Source: Azolla caroliniana
Taxonomy: Eukaryota > Plantae > Polypodiophyta
NCBI GenBank assembly: GCA_043228905.1
Contig: JBHGNT010000017.1
Span: forward strand, 7,440,001-7,504,000
Direction of reading: 5' to 3'
DNA length: 64,000 bases
Part shown: positions 1 to 11,683 of the stretch, piece after piece
How the letters are laid out: every line of letters starts with the position of its first letter
How positions within the stretch are numbered: the stretch's first letter is position 1
The notes under the pieces: model-generated
What the model was told of the DNA's origin: nothing
Seen by the model: the letters and a program-made list of their open reading frames with translations, nothing else
The model's database searches: none
Program-made: the position numbers and the translations under genes

Positions 1-480
1 GTTTATGAAATATGGCTTAGATAAAATAATAATTTAGGGATTATCCAAAAGATAGCTTAGATAAGAAATTTTAGGGTTTTTGAGAGATATGGCTTCCGTA
101 AGTAAAATAGGGTTCATGGCTTCCGTAAAGAAATTAAGGTTTTTGGCTTCCGTAAGGAAATTAGGGTTTTTCCCCAAAATATGGCTTCGATCAAAAAATT
201 AGGGTTTTTTTTTCCACTCGGTCGTCGTACGGTTCTGGTTTGATCGTCGGTTCGCATCCGCCGGTTCTGTCCGGTCTGGTTCCAGTTCCATATGGGTTGG
301 TTCCGTCGTCGTCCTTCAATCTAGCCCGGTTCGATCGTCGTTTGGTCAGATTCCGCTTCTGTCTTCGTCCGGTCGCCATCTGGTTCCATCACCGTCTGGT
401 TCCGATTCCGGTCACCATCCAGTTTAGTCACCAGTTCCGTCTGGTTGCCAGTTCCAGTTCCGTCACCGGTTCCGCCAACT
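1..480. repeat. Low-complexity repeat tract (TGGCTTCCGTAAG/TAGGGTTTT units, then CCGGTT/CCGTC-rich), probably part of a degraded TE terminus
   Basis: Repeated tggcttccgtaa (~90-155) and tagggtttt motifs, followed by a ccgtctggtt/ccggtt-rich tract. No credible ORF. Confidence 0.4.
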
Positions 481-819
481 TAATCATATCCATCCATCTA
501 GACAAAGTGGCCCAAGTCCAACCATTTCTTTTGTTCTCTTAACGCATAGATGAAAAACTAATGGTTCTCAATCTCCTTAGATAGTTGGATCCTAAAGTTT
601 CCTATCTATGTGGGATATTTCACGATTCTATTTTCTTTATCTTCTCAAACTTCATATTCACAGAACTTGATATGTAGTTGTCCATTTTATATGTAGTAAA
701 ATGCGTTTTAAAGCTCTTGAATATGTCTATCTATTTACACAAAGCTACTAATCAAATCTAAAATAATTATTTCATTATATTTATTTTTTTACATAGTGTT
801 TGAAGAATCACATGACACC

Positions 820-1627
820 GCTTCACAGGATTCTTTTAGCAAGTCGGCCAACGTAACTTCTCGTTAGCCGATTTAAGGGCCCTCTTGGCCAACTCGGACT
901 TCGTCTCCAAAGGTCCTTCCTCGTTCTTCCTAGTGTCAGATTTATACTGATCCAACTTGTCTCTACTAGTGTCGTATTCCAACATGTTCTTCTTCCCTTC
1001 TCTTTGTCATGAACTGTCTCCTCAGTTCCTTGCATAGGGAGAGCACGACGGAGTCTCCACTACTCGTTGGCTCATCATCGGATTGGTTGATCCGACTCGG
1101 TCGCTCATTTGACCCACTTAACTGAAATGAGATTGGACTCTCTTTTTGAGCTCCAGTTTCTTCTTCGTCTAGAGGCATTCTAGGATCATTGGCCTCATCC
1201 TCCATGATCGGGTAGTCAAAATTATCAGGTTTCATAGTCGGATTCGATAAGGAGTACCATGATGCCGACTAATCAAACTCAAAATCTTGGCTTACTCGAA
1301 CATGTTTTGTTTGGGGGTTATAATACTTATAACCCTTATGTTCGTGTGAGTAGCAGACCAAAATGCACTTCTTTGACTTTGGGTTCAGCTTCCTCTCCTT
1401 CTCATCCGATACATGCACATAGGCTATGCTACCAAATACCTTCAGCAGTCTTAAGTTCGGCTTCTACATGAAATACAGCTCATCTACTGATGCCTTCTCC
1501 CCGATCCGGTTTTGGATATAGACGTCTATACTGACCACTTCGGCCTAGTAGAACTTGGCCATCCTCTTCTCCACCAGCATTTCCCGTGTCGCTTCCAAAA
1601 CTGATTGGTTCTTTCGTTCGGTTACGT
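820..1627 (-). pseudogene. Ty1/Copia integrase C-terminal remnant (left part of the host of Gypsy A)
   Basis: The minus strand read across the Gypsy A insertion (16455 joined to 1627) gives TPKQSNVTERKNQSVLEATREMLVEKRMAKFY*AEVV, the Copia TPQQNGVAERKNR motif. Confidence 0.75.
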
Positions 1628-2790
1628 TGTCATGAAGATTTTCGGCAATGGTGTGAAAATCAAGTGTCAATCATATAAAATAATAATAGTGAATATACTA
1701 ATTCTAAGTAAGTTTAAATATCTTAGTACAAAAGACGAAGATCTTGAAGAGATGCACTTTACTACATAAGAAATGGACATCTAAGTGTCAACTTTTGTGG
1801 GTAAGAAGTTGCGGAAGAAAAAGAGAAAATTGTGATAAGCCACTCACAATATATAAGCTAGAGCCAAAGTTATTATCTTTGTGTCTATGTGTGGAGCATA
1901 GAGAGTTCAAGGTAACTTGAACTAAGAGTGGAGGTGGCCTAGCCACTTGTAAAGGTTTTGGCCAACCAAAACGAAACTGGATGGTAACCGGTGATCGGTG
2001 ATCCGGCGGAATCAGCATCCAACGGAGCCGGCGAGGCGGTGGCGGAGCCGGTATCCGGCATCCGGCGATAACTGACGACATCCGACAAACCGGGAGAATC
2101 AGAATCCGACGGAGCCAGTGATGCGGCAGTATCAGCATCCGGCAAGGCGGCGGCCACCGGTAGCCGGCGACATCATGCGCTGGTGAGGCGACGACATCTA
2201 ACGACAGCCACTGGTAACCAGCGGGGTCCGGCGAACCGGCGTCCGGCGACTAGATAAATAAATATATAAATATATATATACATATACAAGGAGGGCAAGT
2301 AAGGATTTAAACTTTGCACCTACAAGTTAGGAGTCAATTGGCTTACCACTAAGCCATGACATTTAGTTGAATTTATATTTCTATCATTGTACTTTTACAT
2401 GTAAATTCTCATACATGAGAGTTAAAATGAGTGACATGGTTATCATGCACCACATGTAATACATGAGCGCCAAATGGCAAACATGCATTTTATGCATGTC
2501 TTGTACCCTCAATGCATCATATGCATGAGAGCATCTATAAAAGAAGGGATGAAAAAGAAGAAGGGTTAGGCTTTTTTTTGTTATGAAATTAAGAAGAAGA
2601 AAAATTCGTTATCAAATTGATTGTGTAACTTGTTTCTTAAAATCTAAAATTAAGAGCTCAATCTTAATCTCTCTTTCAATCTAGCTTAAATAGTTTCTTG
2701 CTAAAGCTTGCGCCAAGTTCAACTCCTTCCGGTCCATAACCCCGACGGTTCCGCCTCACGATCCGCACGTAGTGACGGATCTTCACGACA
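1628..2790 (+). repeat. 5' LTR of Gypsy A
   Basis: Starts TGTCATGAAGA, ends TCTTCACGACA. Direct repeat of 15257-16450. Confidence 0.95.
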
Positions 2791-2798
2791 TAATTAAG

Positions 2799-2815
2799 TG
2801 GTGAACCCGACGTGA
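2799..2815 (+). promoter_or_regulatory. Primer binding site, tRNA-Trp
   Basis: TGGTGAACCCGACGTGA is complementary to the tRNA-Trp 3' end (TCACGTCGGGTTCACCA). It lies 8 nt after the LTR. Confidence 0.85.
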
Positions 2816-2857
2816 AAGAGGCGGTAGGAAGGATCAAGCCGAGATTAATACTTGGAG

Positions 2858-5048
2858 ATGGCGTCCTCAAGCAACCAAGTGGGAGAGCTCGAAAGGATGA
2901 TGCTAATCGTCGAGCAAATGATGAGATCTCGGGACAACGACGCGAGTGTGGAGAAGGTTGTCGATCGTGTCGTAGAGCTCGAGGACCAATTCGATGGAAG
3001 GAACGTTACGAAGTTCCTTGATGCATATAGAAGGGAAATGAATCAGAGGGACATGTACGAAGCACGTCAAATCGCAAGCTTCAAGAGAGTTTTCGCCAAC
3101 AACGTTCAAAGACGCGTTATTGAACTTCAAGAAGGTAAGACAACATGGTCAGAGTTCGAGAAAATGATATTAGCGGAGTTCGCGACTGAAGACTCAACAA
3201 GGATAACTCGACATGCCCTGATGAAGTGGATAGAGAAGAAGAATAAGAAGATGAGCGCCTTGAGGGTGTACAACAAATTTGACCAGATGTTTGGCCGTCT
3301 CCCCAACATAGATCAAGTGCTACTTGAAGAGGACAAGACTTTGTACTTCCTGAAGGCCGTGGACATGAAGGATAGACGGGAGTTGGGGACTCTTCTCGAA
3401 GATGGTACCCAAGCGAACAGGCTTGTGGCGAACTGGGTTGCGGTAAAGAGAACATGCAATAAGCTCGACAAGCGTCATCAGTGGGTTGATGACACCGACT
3501 TGATGGGATCAATTGTCACGGAGAAAGCAAGACCGCCGAAAGTAGCTGAGCCGCCAAAACAAAGTGACGTGGAAGAAAAGAAGATTGGTGATGATGTCAT
3601 CGAAGAACTGGTGAAGAAATTCGAGAAGGTCACGCTAGCTAACATGAATCGTCGGGGGTCAAAAAGAAAAGACCCTTTAGATGCGTGTGGTGTGATAGCA
3701 TGGACCACATGAGAAGGGATTGCGCGAGTCTTCGATAGGCGATCCGACAAAATATCGTGTACATAGATGACAACATGATATGCTCAAGCGAGACTAGAAG
3801 ACCCCTACGGGTGAATTTCGGAAGAGGAGGAATGAAGAAAGCTATGGAAGATGCCGATGCGACTCATGTGGATGCGATGCACTATGCTGCGTTCGCCGGA
3901 ATAAGAGTCAAGAAAGACAGAAATGAAGCTGCAAAGGTGGAAGCCAAGTTTTGGTCTTCCGTTCTCGAATATGAGAAGAAGGTAAAAGTCACATCGAATG
4001 AGGTAGAGCTTGCGGACCGAAGCCTGCAAAGCATAACCGAGTGGTCGAATCCGGTGGACGACAACACCATACTCGCGGAGGTGATGTGCGACAACCACGA
4101 GGTGTTCGTCGAAGAAAAGAGAAAAATAATAGAAGAGCAAGGACCATAAAAAAGACATGAAACAAGGAATGCGAAAAAGAAGGACGATGCGGAGACGAGT
4201 TGACCTTTACAAATGGAGGAACGAGAATCATGCCGAAAAGGGGAGTTGAGCATACGAGTTGAAGAAACGGTTTGGCCCGTGAAGGTTAGTGTCGAAGACC
4301 CTGCTTGGAGGACAAGGACTATGCCTACCTATAAGATAAGGTTAGACATAGAGCAGACCTGAAGAAGATTCTCGAAGAACGAGTTCTTGATAGCCACGTG
4401 ACTTTGTCCTTGAGGGAATTGCTTGGCATTACGAAGAAGGAGTTCCATGACACGATCGTGGACCTTGTAAAGAGAAAAAGACAACAATCGGACGAGGAAG
4501 AAGAGAAGCCGCAAAAAGCAAAAACGAATGCCATAATGATGGCAAGAGATGAAGTCGATGAAGATATGGAAGACAGCCACTATACTCGACCTCATTAGGC
4601 ACGAGCGACAACGGAGACGCCGGTGAAGATCGGAGAGAAGAAAGAGACCGCGGTGGCTTTGATCGACCACGGCTCGGAGATAAACCTCATGTCAACCGAC
4701 TTCTACAGAAAAGGAAGATGGCCAATCAATACAAACCATGGATGGAAGATTCGTGTGGCAACAAAGTCTACGAAGGACTTGTACGGAGCTTATCCCAATG
4801 TCAAAGTCACGATCGGGGATGTGGAGATGGATCAACACTCCATCGTACAAGAATCGGCGTCGCATCCTGTCATCCTAGGGCAACCTTATATCACATCATC
4901 TCGGATGGAGAACAAAGTGTTCGATAATGGAGCAGCCTTCGCACGAATAAAGAGTCTTCACAACCAAAGATCGGTCCAATTCCTAATGGTGTGAGCCAAT
5001 CATGAAAGGAATCGAGATAGTCTCGGAGGCGAATTCTCGGATTTTTAG
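2858..5048 (+). pseudogene. Gypsy A gag-protease, interrupted by frameshifts and stops
   Basis: ORF 2852-3712 is gag-like (FDGRNVTKFLDAY). Aspartic protease motif ALIDHGSEINLM lies in 4623-4994. Confidence 0.85.
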
Positions 5049-5057
5049 AGCGGACTA

Positions 5058-6682
5058 TTGAAGCATGGGGCACAAATAGTCCGAGCAATCACAAGACCCC
5101 ACAAGAAAGAAGAGTGCGTGGATTGCGAGGAGAAGCAACGTGGTGTCACACCTAGTGGCGCATGTAAACTAGTACTACCCGACAAGAAGGACAAGCGTCA
5201 GATACAAGAATTCGAGAAGATGCTGAAAGAAGAAAACATAATAGAAGAAGGAGAGTTCGTGACTCATATTATGGAAGAAGCCGCATTTAACGACACCATC
5301 GGCGAAATCGAGGACGTCGTGGACTTGAGCTATCTTCATGATCATTATGTGATTTTGGTTAACTCCGTCAACATGTACACTATCATCGATGAATACCGTC
5401 ATGGCATCTCGATGAAGGAAGCTGACATCAACACGAAATATAAAACGGTGGATAAGAAGATCAAGCCAATTGCAGTTCCGCTACCGGAAGATAGCTGGGA
5501 AAAGATGAAGGAAGTCGCTAACGATCCAAGCTTAAGAGATCCGAAGACGATAGGTCATGTCTTCACCGAAGAGACAAAGAGGAAGCTACGAGTTAGAAAG
5601 GAGGATTTCCTTCTCCCTGAAGAGGAGCGAATGTTTTGCGATATGCTTGAGAGACATGGGAAGGCTTTCGCATTCTTCCCACGAGAAATCGGATGTACCG
5701 ACCCAAAGGTTATAGAGCCGATGGTGATCTTCACGATGCCTCATGTGCCTTGGAATTTGAAACCGATACCGGTTCCGAGAGCACACCTTCCGAAACTGAT
5801 CGAGCTCTTAAAGGAGAAGGTGAGTATGGGAATTCTAGAACGGTCGAATGCTCCTTATTCCAATAGGTGGCTCACGGTGCCGAAGAAGAATGGATCATTG
5901 CAATTCATCCAAGATCTTCAACCCGTCAACAAGGTGACAATTCGAAATGCCGGAATTGGTCCGAGCGTGGACGAATTTGCCGAAGCGTTTGCAGTCCAGT
6001 CCATCTACTCCATTGGAGATCTCTACTCCGGATATGACCAATTCCAATTGGTGATCGACAGTTGGGACATTACAACCATGAGGACTCCGATCGGGCTTGT
6101 GCGTGTGTGTACCTTACCCCAAGGCGCAACGAACTCGGTGGCTCATATGGTGAATGCCATGAATAAAGTCTTGAAGGATTGCATCTCGGACATCACGATG
6201 CCATTCTTGGATGATATTCCAATAAAAGGATGTACGGATGAGGAGAAAGATGAATCTAAAGATAAGGAAGGTTGTATAAAGTTCATTGCAGATCATATGA
6301 AAGATTGCGAGAAGGTGCTTCAAAGGCTCGAAGATGCGAATTTGACATTTTCGAGAGAAAAATCCACATTTGGGCAACCGGAGATCTTGGTGGTAGGTCA
6401 CTTGTGTAGAGCATACGGCCGGAAGCCCTCGCCATCCAAAGTGAACGCAATCCAAGACATGAAAGAAGAATGCGAAAACCAAACGGAGGTTTGAAGGTTC
6501 CTTGGAGCATGCACGTTTTATTATATATGGATTCCTCACTACGCTCATGGTCTACTAAAGAAAAGAATGAAGTTTGAATGGCGAAGCGAGCATACAAATG
6601 CGATGCGAAGATTGAAGAAACTACTTCTTGAAGCTCCGGCACTAAGGAAGGCCGACTATGCCGAAGGGAAGCTGATTTACGT
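5058..6682 (+). pseudogene. Gypsy A reverse transcriptase and start of RNase H
   Basis: DLYSGYDQF, LPQGATNS and PFLDDIPIKG (RT motif YxDD equivalent). Interrupted at KLIY|VTVDTS by element B. Confidence 0.92.
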
Positions 6683-6745
6683 TGTCGTGCCTTCCGACTC
6701 ACGCAAACGATCCGGAGCCGAAAGGCACGACACAGTACCAACTGT

Positions 6746-7612
6746 TGTCGTGCCTTTCGGCTCCGGATCGTTTGCGTGAGTCGGGTGGGAACCACCGGGG
6801 TTTTGGACTAGGAGGAGGAAGAATTTGAGGCTAATCTAGTTATGAATATGAATAGATTATAAGAAAGAGATATAGAAACTTGTGAATCCCACAAGTATAA
6901 TTGTTTTAGTTTATCTAAATCGTAGTAATAAATTGAAATAATTTAGAATAGATTAGAGTAGATTGAGAAAAGAGATCAAACCTTGTGAATCCCACAAGTA
7001 TTACATTAATCAATATTTATGTAAGAATATGAATTTAGATTGAAAGAGATAGATTATCTTAAACTTCGTGAATCCCACGAGTATATTTTATTGATTGTTG
7101 GTGTTTTCGGAAATATATCCAATTTCCAAATATTTCACACACCTATTACATTGTGCTCCCCATCCTTATGTAGTGATGGGAGAGACTAAGCATAGCTACA
7201 TGCTTTTTTTTTAATATGTTCATGCACACTAAATGTGCATGTGATGCTTTTCTAATCCTTGCTTTTATTTGCTAAATATAGTGCTCATGCACGCTAGATG
7301 TGCATGAGTCACTTTTTAGTCGCTTGCGTTTTTCTATAAAATATTCACGCACTCTAAAAATACATGATTTACCTTTTAATAAAGGTAGGCGCAAATAAAG
7401 CACTTATAGTTATTAAATCTATTTATAGAACACTAAAGATAAGGTAGCATAATGGTAAAGTTGAGGTTTGGCTACGTGGAGGTACAGGGTTCAAATCCTG
7501 CCCTATGCACGTGATAAATATCTTGATATATTATTTTATTTATTTATATGTAATTAAATCGGTTATATTATTTTTTACGTTTTTCACGTAGTGTACAAAA
7601 TACACTACGACA
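6746..7612 (-). repeat. 3' LTR of element B
   Basis: Near-identical to 12481-13347. Confidence 0.93.
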
Positions 7613-7613
7613 C

Positions 7614-8164
7614 TCACCCCCTCCAAACCCGCACATCCTCCGGTATGTGCCGAAGTTGTTGGTGTTTGTTAGTCTCCTCCGTCCGGTCTCTACCCGATTG
7701 GTTTCGTTGCCGGCTCGTAGTACCCTCGACTTCTCTTGTTATGTTGACTTTGTCTCTCCATTTGGAGCACATCCATTCTTTCCACCCGAACCATTGTCGC
7801 CATCCGATCCACCATATTCTTTGTTCATTCTTTGCATTGCCATGAGTGGTTGTCATGGTCCCTTGTGGTACTCTTGAGCATCTCGGTGTGTTGTCTCTCT
7901 CCACTCCGCGCTTGTCTTCCGTAGGTTCTACCCACGCGTCGATGTCGACCTCCGAATACGCGCTCGCTGTTAGGTCCTTGTGCGGCTTTAATGCATGCTT
8001 TATTTCTCGATGTTGCGCATGCGTCGTATTAGGCCGTAGCGCATGCTTCGTATTCCATCGTAGTGCATGCGCCGTATTACCCCGTAGTGCATGCTTATTT
8101 TTGCACCGTAGCGCGTGCTTCTTTTTGCGCCGTAGCGTGTGCTTCTCTTTACGCCGTAGCACGT
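7614..8164 (-). pseudogene. 3' half of element B ORF (KHALR octapeptide repeats, WWIGWRQWFGWKEW tail)
   Basis: Its C-terminus is nearly identical to that of the element C ORF. It is split from its 5' half by element C. Confidence 0.8.
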
Positions 8165-11100
8165 TGTCGTAGTGTATTTTGTACACTACGTGAAAAACGT
8201 ATATAGTATTAGATTCAATAAAAAATGAAGAAATAGAAGAAAATAGCAAAATAAATGGAACATGCATAGGGCAAGATTCGAACCTTGCACCTCCATGTTA
8301 ATAATGTAATGTCTTACCATTACACTAGCATTTCATTAATGTTAAAGCATAGATGTCCCACATAGAAAGGTAAATTCACGCTAGGATAAACATTAGAAAA
8401 ACGCATAACAAAAGAAAAAGCTACACATACACATCTAGCGTGCATGATAAAAAACGCACAAGTTAGAAAAAAGCATGATCACTTTAGATAAAGCATATAG
8501 TCTATCTATAGGAAAAGCATGGGGTCTATAGTTAGAGAAAAAGCATAGATTACTAAGACTTCCTCATCACTACATAAGGATGGGGAGCACAATGTAATTG
8601 TGTGTGAAAAATATTTGGAAACTAGATATGTTTCTAAAAAACACCAATTAATAAACTATACTCGTGGGATTCACGAGAATTTTATATCATTCTCTTTCAA
8701 CCGAAGTTTATATTCTTATATTCATATTGATTAATCTAATACAATACACTCGTGGGATTCACGAGTTTGCTATAACTCTTTCTTACAACATATTTATATT
8801 CTTATTAGCCTTAAAACTCTCTTCTTCCTAGTCCAAAACCCCAGTGGTTCCCACCCGACTCACGCAAACGATCCGGAGCCGAAAGGCACGACACAGTTGG
8901 TGAACCCGACGTGAAGGCGGGTGGCAAGGAGATGGAGAATCAACAAGAGGCGATGAACATGATGATGATGATGTTCGAGAGAATGCTACAAGAACAACGT
9001 GCGATGTCGGAGATGAAGGCGGCAGTAGAGCGGCTTCTGCGACGAAACGGGGAATTCAACGGTAAGGGTGTGTCACGCTACCTACGTGAATATAAGGCGG
9101 AGATGATGCAATATCGGATACCGGAAGGATTGCAAGTGATATCCTTTAGTCGGGTGGCCACGGATGAGCTACAAGAGAGAATCCACAAGATATGGCAACA
9201 AAACTCGACATGGGAGTCCTTTGAAGAAGCTTTACGGGAGGCATATGACTATGAGAGATGGACGGGACGAGATCGACGAGAATTCGACGAATGGGTGGCG
9301 TCGGAGAAGACTCACCGAAGTGCAACGCAAGCGTTCCTAGAGTTCGAGCATCGTTTTGCTCGACTCTCGGAGCGGGAACGAAGATTGGTGGGAGAAGATA
9401 AAGTCTTAATGTTCGTAAGATCGATCGATCGGAAAGAAAGGATGGACATTGGGATCGAACTCGAAGATGATGACGGTGCGAACGGCCTTACCGAGGATTG
9501 GGCCAAAGTCGAAAGGGTATGCCGAAGACATGATGAAAGGAAGCTGAGAATCTCGTCAACAACGACATGGCCCATGAAGGATGGTCGATTGAGGAAAAAG
9601 GATGAAGCCAATATGAAGGCCGAAATACAACATGATGGTACCACGGGAGAAAGAGTGGAACAAGACACCCACTCGTCTTGTGAAAGAACGATGGCGAAGG
9701 ATAAGGCCGATAATTCAAGTGTAGAAGGAAATTTCGGGATACAAGTGCCCGAGACATCGGGTCAAAAAGGGGTAAGCATAATAGATGTTTGCATAATTGA
9801 TGCAGATAAAGAGTGTGAAGCGGATGTGATTAAGGAGGTAGCCACAAAAGACGAAATCGAATCGGAGGTGGCTATGGACGAATCAATGGCGGATTGCCAT
9901 ATCGAGACTTCCCCACCACTGATTCCAGAGACTCCGGCGGTTGCGATCGAAAGGCAACGTGAGACCGAAGAGACGGAAGGTGGCGGAGAGAAAACGAATG
10001 TCGAAGCCGACGAATACGATGAAGAGATAGCCGAGAAGAATGCTAAGGGTGAAACTACGAAAGAAGGTAATACCGAGGATTCATGCCAACAATATCTAGA
10101 GACTTCGGCGGTTGTGTCCGAGAACCAACGTGAGACCGGAGAGACGGGAGATGGCGGCGAGGAAGGTAAAGTCGGAAGTCGGTTCGGATGGAAAATGATT
10201 CATCCGAAATTCCAATCTAAAAGAAAGTGCGACAATGCGGAGGTCGGGTCTACGACGGGAGAAGCGCGTAATACAGAGCACGCTCTACGGCGAATAAAGA
10301 AACGCGTGTTATGGCGAATAAAGAAGCACGCGCTACGGCGAGAAAAGAAGCATGCATTACAACCACACGAGGACCGAACAACGAGCACATATTGGAGGAC
10401 CTACGTAGCGAACAACGGAAAGAAGTGCCGAAAGTCGAACCGGACAAGGCAGGTGAAAACGAAGAAAAGAAAGCAAATCCGGACGAAAAGAAAAGAAAAG
10501 AAACCGATCCGAAAGAGCACTGAATCGGTAAAAACCGATCAACCGAGTCCGGATCGACCGAATACAAATCGGAAAGGAAGCCGAACTAAACGAAAGACGA
10601 TCCGACGAGACCGAATCGGAAGTAAGCTAATCCGACTAAACCGAAAATCCGAAAAGAAGTCGAGATTGATGAAGAAAAGAAAGAGGGCAAGAAAAGATAC
10701 TACCGCGGATGACAAGGACCAAGCGGGCCATGCAAAAAGCGAACGAAGACTATGGTGGATCGGATGTCGACAATGGTTCGGGTGGAAAGAATGGATGTGC
10801 TCCAAATGGAGAGACAAAGTCAACATAACAAGAGAAGTCGAGGGTACTACGAGCCGGCAACGAAACCAATCGGGTAGAGACCGGACGGAGGAGACTAACA
10901 AACACCAACAACTTCGGCACATACCGGAGGATGTGCGGGTTTGGAGGGGGTGAGTGTCGTAGTGTATTTTGTACACTACGTGAAAAACGTATATAGTATT
11001 AGATTCAATAAAAAATGAAGAAATAGAAGAAAATAGCAAAATAAATGGAACATGCATAGGGCAAGATTCGAACCTTGCACCTCCATGTTAATAATGTAAT

Positions 11101-11683
11101 GTCTTACCATTACACTAGCATTTCATTAATGTTAAAGCATAGATGTCCCACATAGAAAGGTAAATTCACGCTAGGATAAACATTAGAAAAACGCATAACA
11201 AAAGAAAAAGCTACACATACACATCTAGCGTGCATGATAAAAAACGCACAAGTTAGAAAAAAGCATGATCACTTTAGATAAAGCATATAGTCTATCTATA
11301 GGAAAAGCATGGGGTCTATAGTTAGAGAAAAAGCATAGATTACTAAGACTTCCTCATCACTACATAAGGATGGGGAGCACAATGTAATTGTGTGTGAAAA
11401 ATATTTGGAAACTAGATATGTTTCTAAAAAACACCAATTAATAAACTATACTCGTGGGATTCACGAGAATTTTATATCATTCTCTTTCAACCGAAGTTTA
11501 TATTCTTATATTCATATTGATTAATCTAATACAATACACTCGTGGGATTCACGAGTTTGCTATAACTCTTTCTTACAACATATTTATATTCTTATTAGCC
11601 TTAAAACTCTCTTCTTCCTAGTCCAAAACCCCAGTGGTTCCCACCCGACTCACGCAAACGATCCGGAGCCGAAAGGCACGACA
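8165..11683 (+). mobile_element. Non-autonomous gag-only LTR element C nested antisense in B
   Basis: 729-bp LTRs at 8165-8893 and 10955-11683 that appear identical. tRNA-Trp PBS at 8898-8914, PPT GGAGGGGGTGAG, ACGT TSD (8161-8164/11684-11687). Confidence 0.95.
8932..10953 (+). CDS. Gag-derived protein with acidic middle and Lys/Arg-rich tail (about 673 aa), no pol
   Basis: The N-terminus GEFNGKGVSRYLREYKAEM..VLMFVRSID..GLTEDWAKVERVC is homologous to the gag of A and D. Single uninterrupted ORF between PBS and PPT. Confidence 0.8.
   Translation: MENQQEAMNMMMMMFERMLQEQRAMSEMKAAVERLLRRNGEFNGKGVSRYLREYKAEMMQYRIPEGLQVISFSRVATDELQERIHKIWQQNSTWESFEEALREAYDYERWTGRDRREFDEWVASEKTHRSATQAFLEFEHRFARLSERERRLVGEDKVLMFVRSIDRKERMDIGIELEDDDGANGLTEDWAKVERVCRRHDERKLRISSTTTWPMKDGRLRKKDEANMKAEIQHDGTTGERVEQDTHSSCERTMAKDKADNSSVEGNFGIQVPETSGQKGVSIIDVCIIDADKECEADVIKEVATKDEIESEVAMDESMADCHIETSPPLIPETPAVAIERQRETEETEGGGEKTNVEADEYDEEIAEKNAKGETTKEGNTEDSCQQYLETSAVVSENQRETGETGDGGEEGKVGSRFGWKMIHPKFQSKRKCDNAEVGSTTGEARNTEHALRRIKKRVLWRIKKHALRREKKHALQPHEDRTTSTYWRTYVANNGKKCRKSNRTRQVKTKKRKQIRTKRKEKKPIRKSTESVKTDQPSPDRPNTNRKGSRTKRKTIRRDRIGSKLIRLNRKSEKKSRLMKKRKRARKDTTADDKDQAGHAKSERRLWWIGCRQWFGWKEWMCSKWRDKVNITREVEGTTSRQRNQSGRDRTEETNKHQQLRHIPEDVRVWRG

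Noticed and set aside
30-210. Telomeric TTTAGGG array
   Set aside because: Only scattered single TTAGGG-like motifs, not tandem repeats.
1788-2157. Pro/Arg-rich ORFs in Gypsy A LTRs (also 15410-15886)
   Set aside because: By-products of CCGG-rich LTR sequence. Frames are not conserved between the two LTRs.
5039-5048. GGATTTTTAG as a programmed -1 frameshift between protease and RT
   Set aside because: The downstream ORF is in the same frame in this decayed copy and element D is deleted here, so recoding cannot be supported.
7444-7510. Functional tRNA genes
   Set aside because: A/B boxes and a T-arm are present, but acceptor and anticodon stems are not convincing. All lie within LTRs.
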